A stretch of DNA of 63,229 nucleotides, the filler included, from Octopus bimaculoides (lineage: Eukaryota), in the NCBI RefSeq assembly GCF_001194135.2. It is 5 parts of 5 records of this genome, joined end to end, with 100 filler letters (N's around TTAATTAATTAA, not from the genome) between each part and the next. Parts side by side here need not be neighbours in the genome. Positions count along the whole stretch, not along the records: positions 1 to 28,644 come from NC_068984.1; positions 28,745 to 36,494 come from NC_068983.1; 3 more parts are not named here. The stretch is one strand, 5' to 3'. Position numbers and translations under genes: made by a program. A model generated the notes under the pieces. That model was given only the letters and a program-made list of their open reading frames with translations, had not been told where the DNA came from and did not search any database. Shown one piece after another: positions 23,843 to 35,312 of the stretch (positions within the stretch are counted from its first letter, which is position 1; the number at the start of each line of letters is the position of its first letter).

Positions 23843-24731
23843 TTATTATTATCATTTTGTTTCGGTCTTATTCCTGGTAGGAAATATGTTTGTTGTTGTT
23901 TTTGGCACTCCGTCGCTTACGACGTCGAGGGTTCCAGTTGATCCGATCAACGGAACAGCCTGCTCGTGAAATTAACGTGCAAGTGGCTGAGCACTCCACA
24001 GACACGTGTACCCTTAACGTAGTTCTCGGGGATATTCAGCGTGACACAGTGTGACAAGGCTGACCCTTTGAATTACAGGTACAACAAAAACAGAAAGTAA
24101 GAGTGAGAGAAAGCTGTGGTGAAAGAGTACAGTAGGGTTCGCCACCATCCCCCGCCGGAGCCTCGTGGAGCTTTAAGTGTTTTCGCTCAATAAACACTCA
24201 CAACACCCGGTCTTGGAATCGAAACCGCGATCCTATGACCGCGAGTCCGCTGCCTTAACCACTGGGCCATTGCGCCTCCACTTGGAAATATGTAGATAGC
24301 GGGTTACTACCAGTAACTTTTGGTATCCACGTTTTCAGCAAGCTTTCAAATGCTTAGAACTCTCCTGATAATCGTTGTTGTCCCTAAGAGACAAGTTTTC
24401 TGTAGGAGCCCTACCGAGCATTCTATTTCAATCCGTTTCAGCCATTTGTCTATATCTTGGCTTACTGTTCCCAACGCACCAATTATTATAGGCACGACCT
24501 TTAATGTTCGCATGCTCCAAATTCTTCCTATTTCAAATTTTATTGCAAGAAAAATGGGGATTTGAAGCTGAAAACACATGGTACAATTATCGAGTCGAAA
24601 GTGTACTGGAGTTGGAGAAAGATTTTGTGGGACTTTCCTATTTAAGCAGACAAGAAATAATGGTCTAGGACATAACGATTTATATAAGGATAAGTGAAGC
24701 TGCTTACTTATGGACCCATCATGCCCGTTTG
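23843..24731 (-). mobile_element. R4/Dong-type LINE 3' end, interrupted by SINE C and with an inverted 5' segment (24543-24731 reads on +)
   Basis: Minus 24543->24340: IKFEIGRIWSMRTLKVVPIIIGALGTVSQDIDKWL...LLQKTCLLGTTTIIRRVLSI. Plus 24543->24731, frameshifted: CKK(W)GFEAENTWYNYRVESVLE..KILWDFPI*ADK...CLLMDPSCPF. Confidence 0.78.
23890..24283 (-). mobile_element. Young full-length tRNA-derived SINE type C with 10-bp target-site duplication
   Basis: Minus head TGGAGGCGCAATGGCCCAGTGGTTAAGGCAGCGGACTCGCGG...GGTTTCGATTCC (A/B boxes), (ACA)n tail, TSD GGAAATATGT at 23880-23889 and 24284-24293. Confidence 0.9.
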
Positions 24732-24870
24732 AGTTCAAATTCCACCGAAGTCGACTTTACTTTTCATCCTTTCGAGGTCGATAAAATAAGTACCAGTTGA
24801 AGACTGGGGTCGATGTAATCGACTCATCCCCTCCCCCAAAATTGCTACCATTGAGCAAAATTTTAAATCA
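24728..24870 (+). mobile_element. 5'-truncated SINE type A
   Basis: GAGTTCAAATTCCACCGAAGTCGACTTT...CTGGGGTCGATGTAATCGACTCATCCCCTCCCCCAAAATT. Confidence 0.85.
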
Positions 24871-24897
24871 TTATTATTATTATAATTATTATTATTA

Positions 24898-25234
24898 GTG
24901 AAGGCGCATGGCCCAGTGGTTAGAGCGTCGAACTTATGACCGTGAGGTTGTGAGTTCGAATCTCGGACCGGGCTGCGTGTTGTGTTCTTGAGCAAGACAC
25001 TTTATTTTACGTTGCTCCAGTTCACTCAGCTGTAGAAATGAGTTGCAACGTCACTGGTGCCAACCTGTATCAGTCTTTGCCTTTCCCTTGGATAACACTG
25101 GTGGCATGGAGAGGGGAGGCCAGTATGCATGGGCGATTGCTGGTCTTCCATAAACAGCCTTGCCCGAACTTGTACCTCGGAGGTTAACTTTCTAGGTGCA
25201 ATCCCATGGTCATTCGTGACCGAAGGGGGTCTCC
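24898..25234 (+). mobile_element. tRNA-derived SINE type D (Deu/Nin-like central block)
   Basis: Head GGCGCATGGCCCAGTGGTTAGAGC...GAGTTCGAATCTC, then CTTGAGCAAGACACTTT...GCTCCAGTTCACTCAGCTG. Related to 47831-48102. Domain name is an inference. Confidence 0.8.
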
Positions 25235-25250
25235 GATATTATTATTATTA

Positions 25251-25517
25251 TTCGACTTGATTCAGGTTTGGACTTATTCCTGGTAGAATTTATGTAGATG
25301 GCGGGTTACTACTTGTAACCTTAGATATCCACAAGCTTTCAGTAATCTTTCAAATGCTCAAACCACATGTGGTAATCTCTCCTTTTCCTAAGACGCAAAC
25401 TTTCTGTAGAAGCTCTACAGGACATTCCATATCAATTTCCTTCAGGTATTTGTTTATATCATCATTCATAGTAACTAATGCACCAATTATTGCAGGCACA
25501 ACCGTTACAGTTTTCAA
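25251..25517 (-). mobile_element. 5'-truncated R4/Dong-type LINE 3' end sitting inside (AAT)n
   Basis: TVTVVPAIIGALVTMNDDINKYLKEIDMECPVELLQKVCVLG. The 3' UTR matches 23860-23889 + 24294-24340. ATT tracts lie on both sides. Confidence 0.8.
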
Positions 25518-25552
25518 TTATCATCATCATTATTATTATTATTATCATTATT

Positions 25553-26095
25553 GCGTGAGAGAACAGCGCATGCCAACAGACTGACACTGGGGCACAAATA
25601 TACAAAGGCCAATATACCATCATAACTACTCGTCTTATAAGGGAACATCATTCACATGCATCACAACCATAAGTGCACGGCATGGTAACCTCATATCAAG
25701 ATAACCAGCGCATGATATTGTAGGTGGGGCCCTGTCAGAATTTTCTTCAGATCGAGTAGCCCATCTGAGTAAGGTCCCTGAATAAGGGTTGTTTAAGGAT
25801 GATGAATAAAATACCTATGTTTTCAGAGGTGAATTATTCAAGCTCCACAGAATTCCTCTCAACACACGGCTATGATGCTCCCCAAATACTCTTGCTCGTG
25901 ATCAGAGATACACATATCATCATCTACCAAGAAACATGGTCAGCTAGTTAAGGCCAGGCAACTGAGAACCAAATCTGTGGTATTGAGTAGAATATCTTCT
26001 GTAACTCATCTTTTACACCAAGATAAGACATATACATGATAACACTTCCAAACAGTTAAGCCACGAGAGCCACTCCCTGGTTCTGCATCACGGCA
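25553..26095. repeat. Unclassified ~540-bp non-coding element bounded by (ATT)n tracts
   Basis: Sharp boundaries against trinucleotide tracts and no ORF. Single copy in this window, so repeat status is not verified here. Confidence 0.4.
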
Positions 26096-26151
26096 TTATT
26101 ATCCTCCTCCTCCTCATTATTATTATTATTATTATTGTTATTATTGTTATT

Positions 26152-26208
<57 letters not shown>

Positions 26209-26722
26209 ATTGTTGTTGTTAGTAGTAATAGCAGCAGCAGCAGTAGCAGTATAGTAGTAGCAGCATTAGTAGTTTTTATTTATGTATTTATTTTTACAGA
26301 ATTGTAATCTGCTCTTTTCAACAAAAATTAAAAAAATAAAAAAACTTTCAAAAGGAAAATAATAATAATAAGACATGTGAGATATTTGGCCAATTGTATG
26401 TCCAAAAGCTCTACTATAATTTAAGCAAATTATATTGTAACGTTAACAATTCCCTGCATTTGGGCAACATCGGGTTTCTCACCTATTCTCAAATTATACC
26501 TGAAACTTCCTTTCAGAGAAAATACCTGTGATAAAGGACTACTACTACTACTACTTTTTATCGTCAGGATTGTTCTCATCATTAAGGGCGTGATTTTAAC
26601 TTGTTGAAATACCTTGGCTCCCAACATTAAGTATGCTGGTGTTCATTTTCCAATTTAGTTTTTATACAACGCACATTCCTGGATGAGTTTTCCCTTTCGT
26701 TTTTCTTAATATCATATTTAAA

Positions 26723-26935
26723 GGCGGCGAGTGGCGGAATCGTTAGCACGCTGGACAAAATGCTTAGCGGAATTTCTTCCAGCTTTACGTTCCGAGTTCG
26801 AATTCCGCCGAGGTCGACTTTGCCTTTCATACCTTCGAGGTCGGCAAAATAAATATCAGTCAAACACTGAGGTTGATCTAAACGGCAAACCCCCACCTCC
26901 CAGAATTTCAGGCCTTGTGCCTAAGATAGAAATAA
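26723..26935 (+). mobile_element. Full-length SINE type A
   Basis: GGCGGCGAGTGGCGGAATCGTTAGCACGC...GAGTTCGAATTCCGCCGAGGTCGACTTTGCCTTTCAT...GGCCTTGTGCC. Confidence 0.88.
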
Positions 26936-27331
26936 TTTTTTTTTTTTCTCAGTGAAATTGAAAAAAAAAAAACTTTAAGAACATCTGAAGAAGTTTAATG
27001 ATGACTTCAGTCTGGAAGTAAGAAATAGGAAAACAGAAAAAAAAAAAAAAAAGGCTTCGCAAATCGATATACGTTATTTTGGTGTATGGCAGATGAGAAG
27101 TCTTATATTTCAAATTTTATTTTAACTTTAATAGCAGGAGAGTTACAGTTAAAATTATAGAAGCTTCCTTCAGAACTAAAGTGATATGTATGGTGTATCA
27201 TAAAATTCCACAGAAAAATACTCAACGTAATGACTGTCTAGACAAACATTTTTCATTCTTCGGAAATCGAAAAATCTTATTACAGAGACCTATTTTAGTT
27301 AGTGTGTGTGTGTGTGCGTGCGTGCGTGCGC

Positions 27332-27369
<38 letters not shown>

Positions 27370-27400
27370 NNNNNNNNNNCGCAGGAGTATGTACATACGC

Positions 27401-27432
<32 letters not shown>

Positions 27433-27580
27433 ATACATACATACATACGTATGTACATACATATACTAGCATATATACAGGCATACGTATATAAAACATG
27501 CAGATATACATATAAACGTATACACATAAACATATACATACCTACATACATATACACATACATACCCACATATATATGAT

Positions 27581-27666
<86 letters not shown>

Positions 27667-27696
27667 CATATATATACACGCACACTTATGTATACC

Positions 27697-27747
<51 letters not shown>

Positions 27748-28343
27748 ATGACTGTGTATGTATATATGAAAGCATGCATGACTGTATCGCTCTCTATATT
27801 ATATACATACATCAATCTATCTATATATAAATAAGGTCGTAAAAGAAAATTACTAGTCGTAATTCCATATGCTTACTTATCACAAATACATATATAAAAC
27901 AGATACTGGAATGCAGAAAGAGATAACATTTACGATATATACTTATTGTATTATACCTTAGTTTGCTTTTTGTGTTCTCTATAAATGTAGCATATACACC
28001 CGTATTGCTCCTAGGTATTTTGTTGTGTATATCGCTATATATAGAGTTGTTAAAGTATCAGTTATAAGGCATTGTTTTATTTGTTCCAGTCCCAGGCGTT
28101 GGGCGTTCAAATCCCGATTAAGTCAAATATGTTTTTCATCCTTTTGGGGTCAATATATAAAGTAGGGCAGTTAGCTGGCAGAATCGTTAGCACGCCGGTC
28201 GAAATGCTTCGTGGTATAACGGCTCTGTGAATTATTGTGAATACAGTTGTGTTACTTTGTGAAAACTGTCTCGGTGAATAATTGTGACTTTTGTGGAATT
28301 ATTACGGTTGCATTTCACGTGAGCTACTGCATTTTCCCCAGCT

Positions 28344-28644
28344 ATGGCAAGTGGTAGTGTCTCCAGTATGGAGAGCTACGCCAAGACCACTGCGGTGAGG
28401 AAGCCAGTACCGCTAGAAACCAAGTTAATCAAGTTGGATATGGAGGAGGTGACCAGAAGCAGGAATTTGATAGAAGTTGAGGGAGACTCGGATAAATTGT
28501 GTCCCCCAAAAGAGACTAAAGAAAATAAAATTCTGAGGACAGTAGTGTATGGTACACAGGCTGTCGAAACCTGTAAAATTGAAATGGTGACGGAAGAGGA
28601 AATCGAGGAGCGCCTGGGTGAAATTGTCAATGAAGCCACGTACA
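28344..28644 (+). mobile_element. Probable 5' end of a LINE ORF1 (gag-like), truncated by scaffold end
   Basis: 100 uninterrupted codons (MASGSVSSMESYAKTTAVRKPVP...EEIEERLGEIVNEATY) after a ~130-nt TG-rich leader that abruptly truncates a SINE A head. No catalytic motif is visible, so the class is an inference. Confidence 0.42.
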
Positions 28645-28744
28645 NNNNNNNNNNNNNNNNNNNNNNNNNNNNNNNNNNNNNNNNNNNNTTAATTAATTAA
28701 NNNNNNNNNNNNNNNNNNNNNNNNNNNNNNNNNNNNNNNNNNNN
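28645..28744. other. Synthetic scaffold-join spacer (44 N + TTAATTAATTAA + 44 N)
   Basis: Exactly 100 bp, palindromic 12-mer with stops in all six frames, identical at four sites. Confidence 0.95.
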
Positions 28745-28774
28745 ATATATATATATATATATATATATATATAC

Positions 28775-28935
28775 GACGGGCTTCTTTCAGTTTCCGTCTA
28801 CCAAATCCACTTACAAGGCTTTGGTCAGCCTGAGTCTATAGTAGAAAACACTTGCCCAAGGTGCCATGCAGTGGGACTGAACCTGGAACCATGTTGTTGA
28901 AAAGCAAGCTATTTACCATATACCCACTCCTGCGC
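28775..28935 (-). mobile_element. SINE type B head with CpG decay
   Basis: Family B head with GGTCAGCCTGAG, GCCATGCAG, AACCTGGAA where other copies read GGTCGGCCCGAG, GCCACG(C/T)AG, AACCCGG. Confidence 0.8.
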
Positions 28936-29794
28936 CATATATATATTTTTTTTCTTTCACAATGTGACATTATGAAACAGCAGAAGATCTAATTTATTAA
29001 GAAATTAATGATACTAAAGTTAAACAAGAAAATATTTAATGGTTAATGAAAGAAAACAACAAATTAACATTTACAATAAAATTTTGCTCTACATTACAAA
29101 CCTTTGCTCTAACTCTAACCCCATGATGCCTTCATGGTTTGCCATGGTAAAATATAACTTGCACATTGCAAATGTCTGCCAGATGGAACAAATCTGATTG
29201 GCTATAATTATTTTTTTCAAAAACAAGCATGGATTTCCATAATGTCAAGAACAGATAAATCTGATTGGCTAAAATTTCAGTCCTTACAGTTTTGTAACTT
29301 TTTTTTTGTGGTATACCTCTCAAAAATAATTATGATTATGGTATTTGGTATGCAAAACTACATCTGTGTAGATAATTTCAATAAAATCAGACCATGTGTA
29401 CCAAGTTGAAATGTTCTGTCTATTCTAGTAGCTACCAATCTGGATTCGTGAATATTCTATCAGGGTTCAGAAAGAAAAGGAGTTTTAACAGGGATTAATC
29501 AGTAAAGTTTGACACAAAACTTTTATCAAAATAGATATTATCTTTTATCTTTTTCAATCATCTGACTGTGGCCATGCTGGTACACCACTTTGAGGGGTTT
29601 AGTTGAACAAATTGACCCCACAGTACCTGTTTTTTTTTTTTTTTACTAAATTCTAACAAGCCAACATTGGTTGTCAAGCAGTGGTGGGGGACAAACACAC
29701 ACATACACATATATATAATTGACTTTTTTTAGTTTCCTTCTACCAAATCCACACACAAGGCTTTTATCAGTCTGGGGCTATGATAGAAGAGTTT

Positions 29795-30135
29795 CTATAG
29801 CTGCATGCCCTTCCTAACGCCAACCACTCCGAGAGTGTAGTGGGTACTTTTACGTACCACCGGCACGAAGGCCAGTCAGGTGGTACTGGCAATGGCCACG
29901 CTCAAAATGGTGTATTTTACATGCCACCCGCACAGGAGCCAGTCCAGCGGCACTGGCAACGATCTCGTTCAAATGTCTTTACACGTGCCATCCGGCACAA
30001 GTGCCAGGAAGGCGATGCTGGGCACAGGTGCCATGACAATTTTGCTTTCGCTTGCCCCAACAGGTCTTCGCAAGCCAAGTTTCATGTCCAATGAAGGAGA
30101 CGACGTTGGCATGGGTGCCAGTCACCAAATTTAAT
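29795..30135 (-). mobile_element. Repeat type E (contains GGTTGGCGTTAGGAAGGGCAT block, internal sub-repeats)
   Basis: Reverse complement of the block seen at 30819-31040 and 35155-35310. Confidence 0.72.
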
Positions 30136-30818
30136 TCGATTTCGATTTCACAGGTCAAAAAATCTAATTCACCAAGGAATTATTATATTTAAGTATTCTA
30201 TACCTTTCAGCCATTGATGCAGTAACCTCCAATTCCACAACATTTTTAAAATGACGGAAACATTTGATATAGACACAAAATTATACAATGATTTTAATTT
30301 TCAGTTGTTGGTCTAATTTTGGTCTAATTGGTTCAATTATGGATAATTACTGTGGCTTGTTAGATAACAATGCAGTAATTATTGATAATTCATTTCCCTT
30401 CTAATGGCTAATCAAGTAACAAACCATCTATGCACGAAGTGTAATGAACTCAATACCAAATATCAAGTTAACAATATGGTTCCCTTTCAATGGTTTTAGT
30501 AACTGGGCTCTGGCCATAACAAGGGCAACACTGACTTGGAGAATTTTAGTCTCTTATACCAAGTTCAGCATACAACCTGGCAATCATTTGAGTTAGCTCT
30601 ATTTATTATATGACTGCATTTACAATGAGTTAAGTAGTTTTTAGGGACTTACCTTCCTTTAGGGAGTCAATTCTACAAAGAATGCATACCAATCTACACC
30701 GGTATACATAAATACAAATATGGATGCATACACACACACAGACACATACAAACACATACATGCACATATATACATATGTAGACATATGTAGACATATGCA
30801 TACAAATGTATGTACGAC

Positions 30819-31040
30819 ACCATTTCGAGCGTGGCCGTTTTCGTGTCGGTGACACGTAAAACCACCCACTACACTCTCTGAGTGGTTGGCGTTAGGAAGG
30901 GCATCCAGCTGTAGAAACTCTGCCAAATTAGATTGGAGCCTGGTGTTGCCATCCGGTTTCACCAGTCCTCAGTCAAATCGTCCAACCCATGCTAGCATGG
31001 AAAGCGGACGTTAAACGATGATGATGATGATGATGATGAT
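30819..31040 (+). mobile_element. Repeat type E 3' part ending in (ATG)n tail (RTE-partner-like SINE)
   Basis: GAGTGGTTGGCGTTAGGAAGGGCATCCAGCTGTAGAAAC...CATGCTAGCATGGAAAGCGGACGTTAAACG(ATG)n. Confidence 0.78.
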
Positions 31041-31387
31041 ACATAGATACATATTCAAAAATGTGTTTTGAAAATTTTTCTGATACAGTTATAATATTTG
31101 AAAAAGATTTTCTTAACTTGAAAATTATCTATTTTGTATATAAAAAAAATGCTTTAAAAAATGCAAATTATCACAGACATCAAGAAAAGTAGTTTTGTGC
31201 AAACACTTTTAGCTGTTTTCAGCTTTTCAAACATTATAAGATAAACTGTATTCTTTTATTCGTTTACTTGTTTCAGTCATTTGTGTGTGGCCATGCTAGA
31301 GCACTGCCTTAAAAGGTTTTAGTTGAAGAAATTGATCCCAGGACTTATTCTTTGTAAGCCTAGTACTTATTCTCTCAGTCTCTTTTT

Positions 31388-31659
31388 CCTGTGACATTTT
31401 TGTGTTCCCCTGAATGAAAAACGTCCTTAAAGGAAAAAATTTTGGAGATGTGGAAGAGGTGAAGAAGAAAAATGACAGAGGTGGTAAAAGGCATCATTTT
31501 GCAAGCATTCCAGGACAGCTTTGAACAGTGGAAAACGCGTCTGGACTGATGCATTGCTTCAAATGGAGAATACTTTGAAGGGGATAAAAGTGTAAACATG
31601 TAAGGCTAAATGACTAAAATAATATTGCAAAATTCCAGTTTCTTTTGGGTACCCCTTTG
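31388..31659 (+). mobile_element. Mariner transposon 3' end (transposase C-terminus + right TIR)
   Basis: PCDIFVFP*MKNVLKGKNFGDVEEVKKK..TEVVKGIILQAFQDSFEQWKTRLD*CIASNGEYFEGDK, then AAATTCCAGTTTCTTTTGGGTACCCCTTTG followed by TA. Confidence 0.85.
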
Positions 31660-32813
31660 TATAATATTCTAAAATGGATGCAAAGGCAGCTAACAAGACT
31701 AGACAGAAAAAAAAAAACAAGAAAATTTATGACTGTATTTAGAATACACCAACCAAAATTTGACATAGAGAGATTATAGTTACCATAAATACAGGGAGAT
31801 AAGCTGGGTTGCCGTAGCAGTATTTTAGACCCCTATCAGGCATACACACACAATGTACCAGGACCTCTATGTGTATTTACTGAAAGCAAGTCACAGCATA
31901 TATAGAGTACCCATGGCTTAAAATGGCTCTTGAGGTAGGAGTTTTATACAACTAGGAATCTATAATAAAATAACTATTGTAGGACTATAAAAATATCTTA
32001 TAAAGAACAAATTGAAAACTAATATAAATAGCTACAAAACATAATCAAAATAAAAATTATATTTTCTTTCTTCAAGGAAGTAAACAGATATGAAAAAAAA
32101 GAAGTTGAAGTGACAGATACTTGTACAAAAGAAAGGAGAAACAGCAATAGAAATGCTGAAAAATGATAGAAACTAATCCAAAAATAGGGATACAGATGGC
32201 TATACTAAAACAATATGAACAATGATATGAAAAGCTCCAACATGATCAATATCAGAGTGGAAATAGACAAGAAAAAAAAATATTCTTAGCAATGATTGAG
32301 AAGCACAGAGTTCTTCTGTCTTGGCTTTGATCAAAACTTTCTCACACGTAACTATTGAAACTATGCAATGAAGCAGAATACATTAAGTATAGAATATGTG
32401 GTGTGTGGGAAGAAACGTTTAAGTACCTTATTTCTAGTTATTCAGTCTTAGATAAGAAACAATAACATCTACAGGTACAACTGTGTTGGGTCTTTTGTAC
32501 ACTGGAAATTATGCCAGCATTTTGAAATGCCAACAAAAATGCAGTGGTATAAATATTCTCAAAAGAAGGTCTACAAAGCAACCACATTCCTAGATGTACA
32601 AATCCTCTCACATATACAGAGGAAGATCAAGGCCAGCTAGCCAGGTATTGTTGTAAAGGCTCACCTTGAAAAGATGTGCTTCCTGTCAGAAGTACCAGCA
32701 CCAATGTATGATGATGTTTCTCTGGAGGAAATGGAAAAATTATCAAAATATAAAGATATAGGAATAGAGATGACCAGAATATTGGAACCAAAAACAGAAA
32801 CGATGCCGATAAT

Positions 32814-33032
32814 GGTTTCAAATTTTGGCACAAGGTCAGCAGTTTTAGTGGGAGTAACTTAGTCAGTTATATCGACTTCACTACTGGACTGGTACTTTAT
32901 TTTATCAACCGCAAAAGAATAACAAGTAAAGTTGGTTACAGAGGGATTTGAACTCAAGATGTAAAGAGAAGAAAGAAATGCAGTGAAGCATTTTGTCTGG
33001 TGTGGTAATGATTTTGCCAACTCCCCACAAGT
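32814..33032 (-). mobile_element. SINE type A (old, CpG-decayed)
   Basis: Colinear with family A from tail (TTTGGCACAAGG) to head (GCCAACTCCCCAC). Confidence 0.75.
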
Positions 33033-33205
33033 GAGATGAGGTGTGGGGCATGTGCCATTGCAGCACGTTGCTCTATTCATCATTTCTCGGTATATTCCCA
33101 GGTCCTCCCAGACAATCTGTTGAGCAGAGTCCTCATCAGTCCCCATTTCTGTGAGATATCCCCTCATCTGTTGTGACCATGTGATTCCCATCCATTCACC
33201 AACAA
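33033..33205 (-). mobile_element. Probable RTE-clade LINE extreme 3' end
   Basis: TWSQQMRGYLTEMGTDEDSAQQIVWEDLGIYREMMNRATCCNGTCPTPHLT resembles RTE C-termini (W..Q...Y..EMG......A...R.....AT.C...C) and ends in a short CCTCA(T/C)CT tail. Confidence 0.45.
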
Positions 33206-34399
33206 TGCTTATAATAGAAGGCCCCTTAGGAACATCTAATGAAACCCCAAGGACTTACCAAAAGATAACAGTTCTCACACATATTATGCAGAGTACATTC
33301 AATACAAGAGAAAATATAAAACCAAAACGATACCCTGTTGCTCATAACTAAAGTGTAAAAAACAGTACTTGATTGTGAAGTGAAAGCATGCAATAAAAAT
33401 AAAACTACAGATGAATAATAATAGTTTATAACATAAATGTAAGACCACTTACTGGTTTTGTGAGAAATCACAATTGGTTAATCTTTTACTGAATATACAT
33501 GACATTACAATTGTCAAAATGACTTTCACATATATTTTGCTGTTTTGTATTATTCATTTTTTCCCATAAGTGGTTGAATAAATGCAAAAACTGTCTTTAT
33601 ATTCATGTTTTCTTTTAAATCTATTCTTTCAAGTCAGCATGAGTCATTACAACTCAAGAAATCAAACTACATCTTTGTTAATTGTACTTTGAGCAAAGTG
33701 TCGAATGGCTCATTATTGACCATAAATACAAAGAATTTTATTATATTATCATTTCTTTTTGTTCTGTAATTTTGTTCAGGCATGCCTGTCAGGTTAAGAA
33801 GTTTGCCTTTCAACCATGGGATTTGGGGTTCAGCCTGGGGGAAGTCCTTCCTCTCTTAGGTTTTGAATTGTCATTGATATTTCTATAACTTTGCTTTTTT
33901 CTAAGCAGGGATGTTGATCCTATGCAAATCCATTTTTACCCCTGGGAAGAGGTGATCCATATTAGTCAGGCCTCTGGCCTCTGTCCTGTGATTAATCCAA
34001 CACAGGCAGCCTTAGAAAGAGCTCACACTTTTCTGGCATAGCTCTCAGTATCACTGAGGTATACATGTCACCACATCACAACAAAAACTGAATCTTGTGG
34101 TGGTTTCATCCTTTCATGATCAATAAATAAAGTAACAATCAAGCATATGGACTGATTATTCTCCCTGATCTCTTCCCCTCTGTCCCACTATCAGTAGTGC
34201 CAAACAAAATAATTTTCAGTATTTAGTTATGTACTTTTACACTCTTAATACAAATCCTACAAAGAAGATTTGTCTTTCAACCTTCTGCATGAGGCAGTCT
34301 AGTACAGGGAGAAAATAAATACCAATCAAATACCAGGGTACAGTTTTGATTGCTTTTTTTCTTCTCAAATGTGTGTTGTTATGCATTTGTTAGAACTCA

Positions 34400-34590
34400 A
34401 TATTTAAGTAATACTTAAATGAAGATATGGTTGCATGGTCAGGAGGTTTGCTTCCCAACTACATGGCCTTGACTTCAGTCCTATGGTGTGACAGCCTAGG
34501 GAAGTGTCTTCTGTTATAGCTCCAAGCAAACTAGAGCCTTGTGAGTGGGTCTGGTAAACAGACACTGAGAGAAGCTTACTACACACAAAC
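34400..34590 (+). mobile_element. SINE type B head, decayed
   Basis: ATGGTTGCATGGTCAGGAGGTTTGCTTCCCAACTACATGG...CTAGGGAAGTGTCTTCTGTTATAGC...GAGCCTTGTGAGTGG. Confidence 0.7.
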
Positions 34591-34594
34591 TGCT

Positions 34595-35312
34595 TTTTGC
34601 GTGCCACCAGTACAGGAGCCAGTCAGGCAGCACTGGCAACGACCATGCTATATATATATTGTCAGTGGATCATATATCCGAAAAAGAAGCACACTCTAAA
34701 GCATAGAGCAGTAATGCATCTAAGACATGTCAAGCTAAGTGAAATCGTAGTTGTGGCCAATACCAGTGTCACATAAGTGGTACCCATGTCAGTAGCACAT
34801 AAAATGCATGTTTAGAGTGTTGGGCTTCATGGAGGCAATGTAGTCAATGCTGATGTTGCATACCTAACACTCATGTTGGTGGCACGTAAAATGCACCAGT
34901 CGAGCGCTGGGTATCACAGAGGCAATGTGTCTGGTGCCAGTGTTGCATAACTGGCACCTCTGCCGGTGGTATGTAAAAAGCACCTTTTGAGCATTGAGCC
35001 TCATGGAGGAAATGATAAGTGACTGAGACTTTTGACAATGTACTGTACTTGAGAAGAAGACCTATCAAGCCAAGTGAAATTGTAGTCATGGTGGATACTG
35101 GTGTCATGCAACTGGCACCCATGTCGGTGGCACGTTGAAGCACCTGTTACATTCTTGGAGTGGTTGGTGTTAGAAAGGGCAACCAGCCATAGAAACCATG
35201 CCAAATCAGATCAGAGTCTGGTGCAGCCCCTCAGCTTGCCAGCCCTGGTCAAGCCATCCAACTCATGCCAGCATGGACAACGAATGTTAAATGATAATGA
35301 TGATGATGATGA
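34595..35312 (+). mobile_element. Long repeat type E copy with internal tandem sub-repeats and (ATG)n tail
   Basis: Repeated GTGGCAC(G/A)T(A/T)(A/G)AA.CAC units and AAGCCAAGTGAAATTGTAG. Ends GTGGTTGGTGTTAGAAAGGGCA...CATGCCAGCATGGAC...(ATG)n. Confidence 0.7.

Larger units (their letters stand above)
32190..33420 (+). mobile_element. Degraded R4/Dong-type LINE 3' region, family 1 (zinc knuckle + RLE), split by nested insertions
   Basis: DQNFLTRNY, YRICGVWEETFKYLISS, VHWKLCQHF, DDVSLEEMEKLSKYKDIGIEMTRILEPKTETMPII. The frame resumes at ~33210 (IIEGPLG...TPRTYQKI..THIMQST) and ends in AATAAT. Homologous to 49995-50393. Confidence 0.75.

Noticed and set aside
24200-24283. tRNA gene candidates at SINE heads (also 24898-24975, 48030-48101)
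   Set aside because: A/B boxes are present, but the sequence continues into SINE bodies with tails and TSDs and I see no complete acceptor stem.
28689-28700. TTAATTAATTAA as a homeodomain site or PacI-like palindrome
   Set aside because: Always centred in exactly 44+44 N, so it is an assembly spacer.
33100-33145. CTGATGA-GGAC...GTCT on minus as a hammerhead
   Set aside because: Followed by GGGA rather than GAAA, no stem III, and it lies inside an RTE-like coding remnant.
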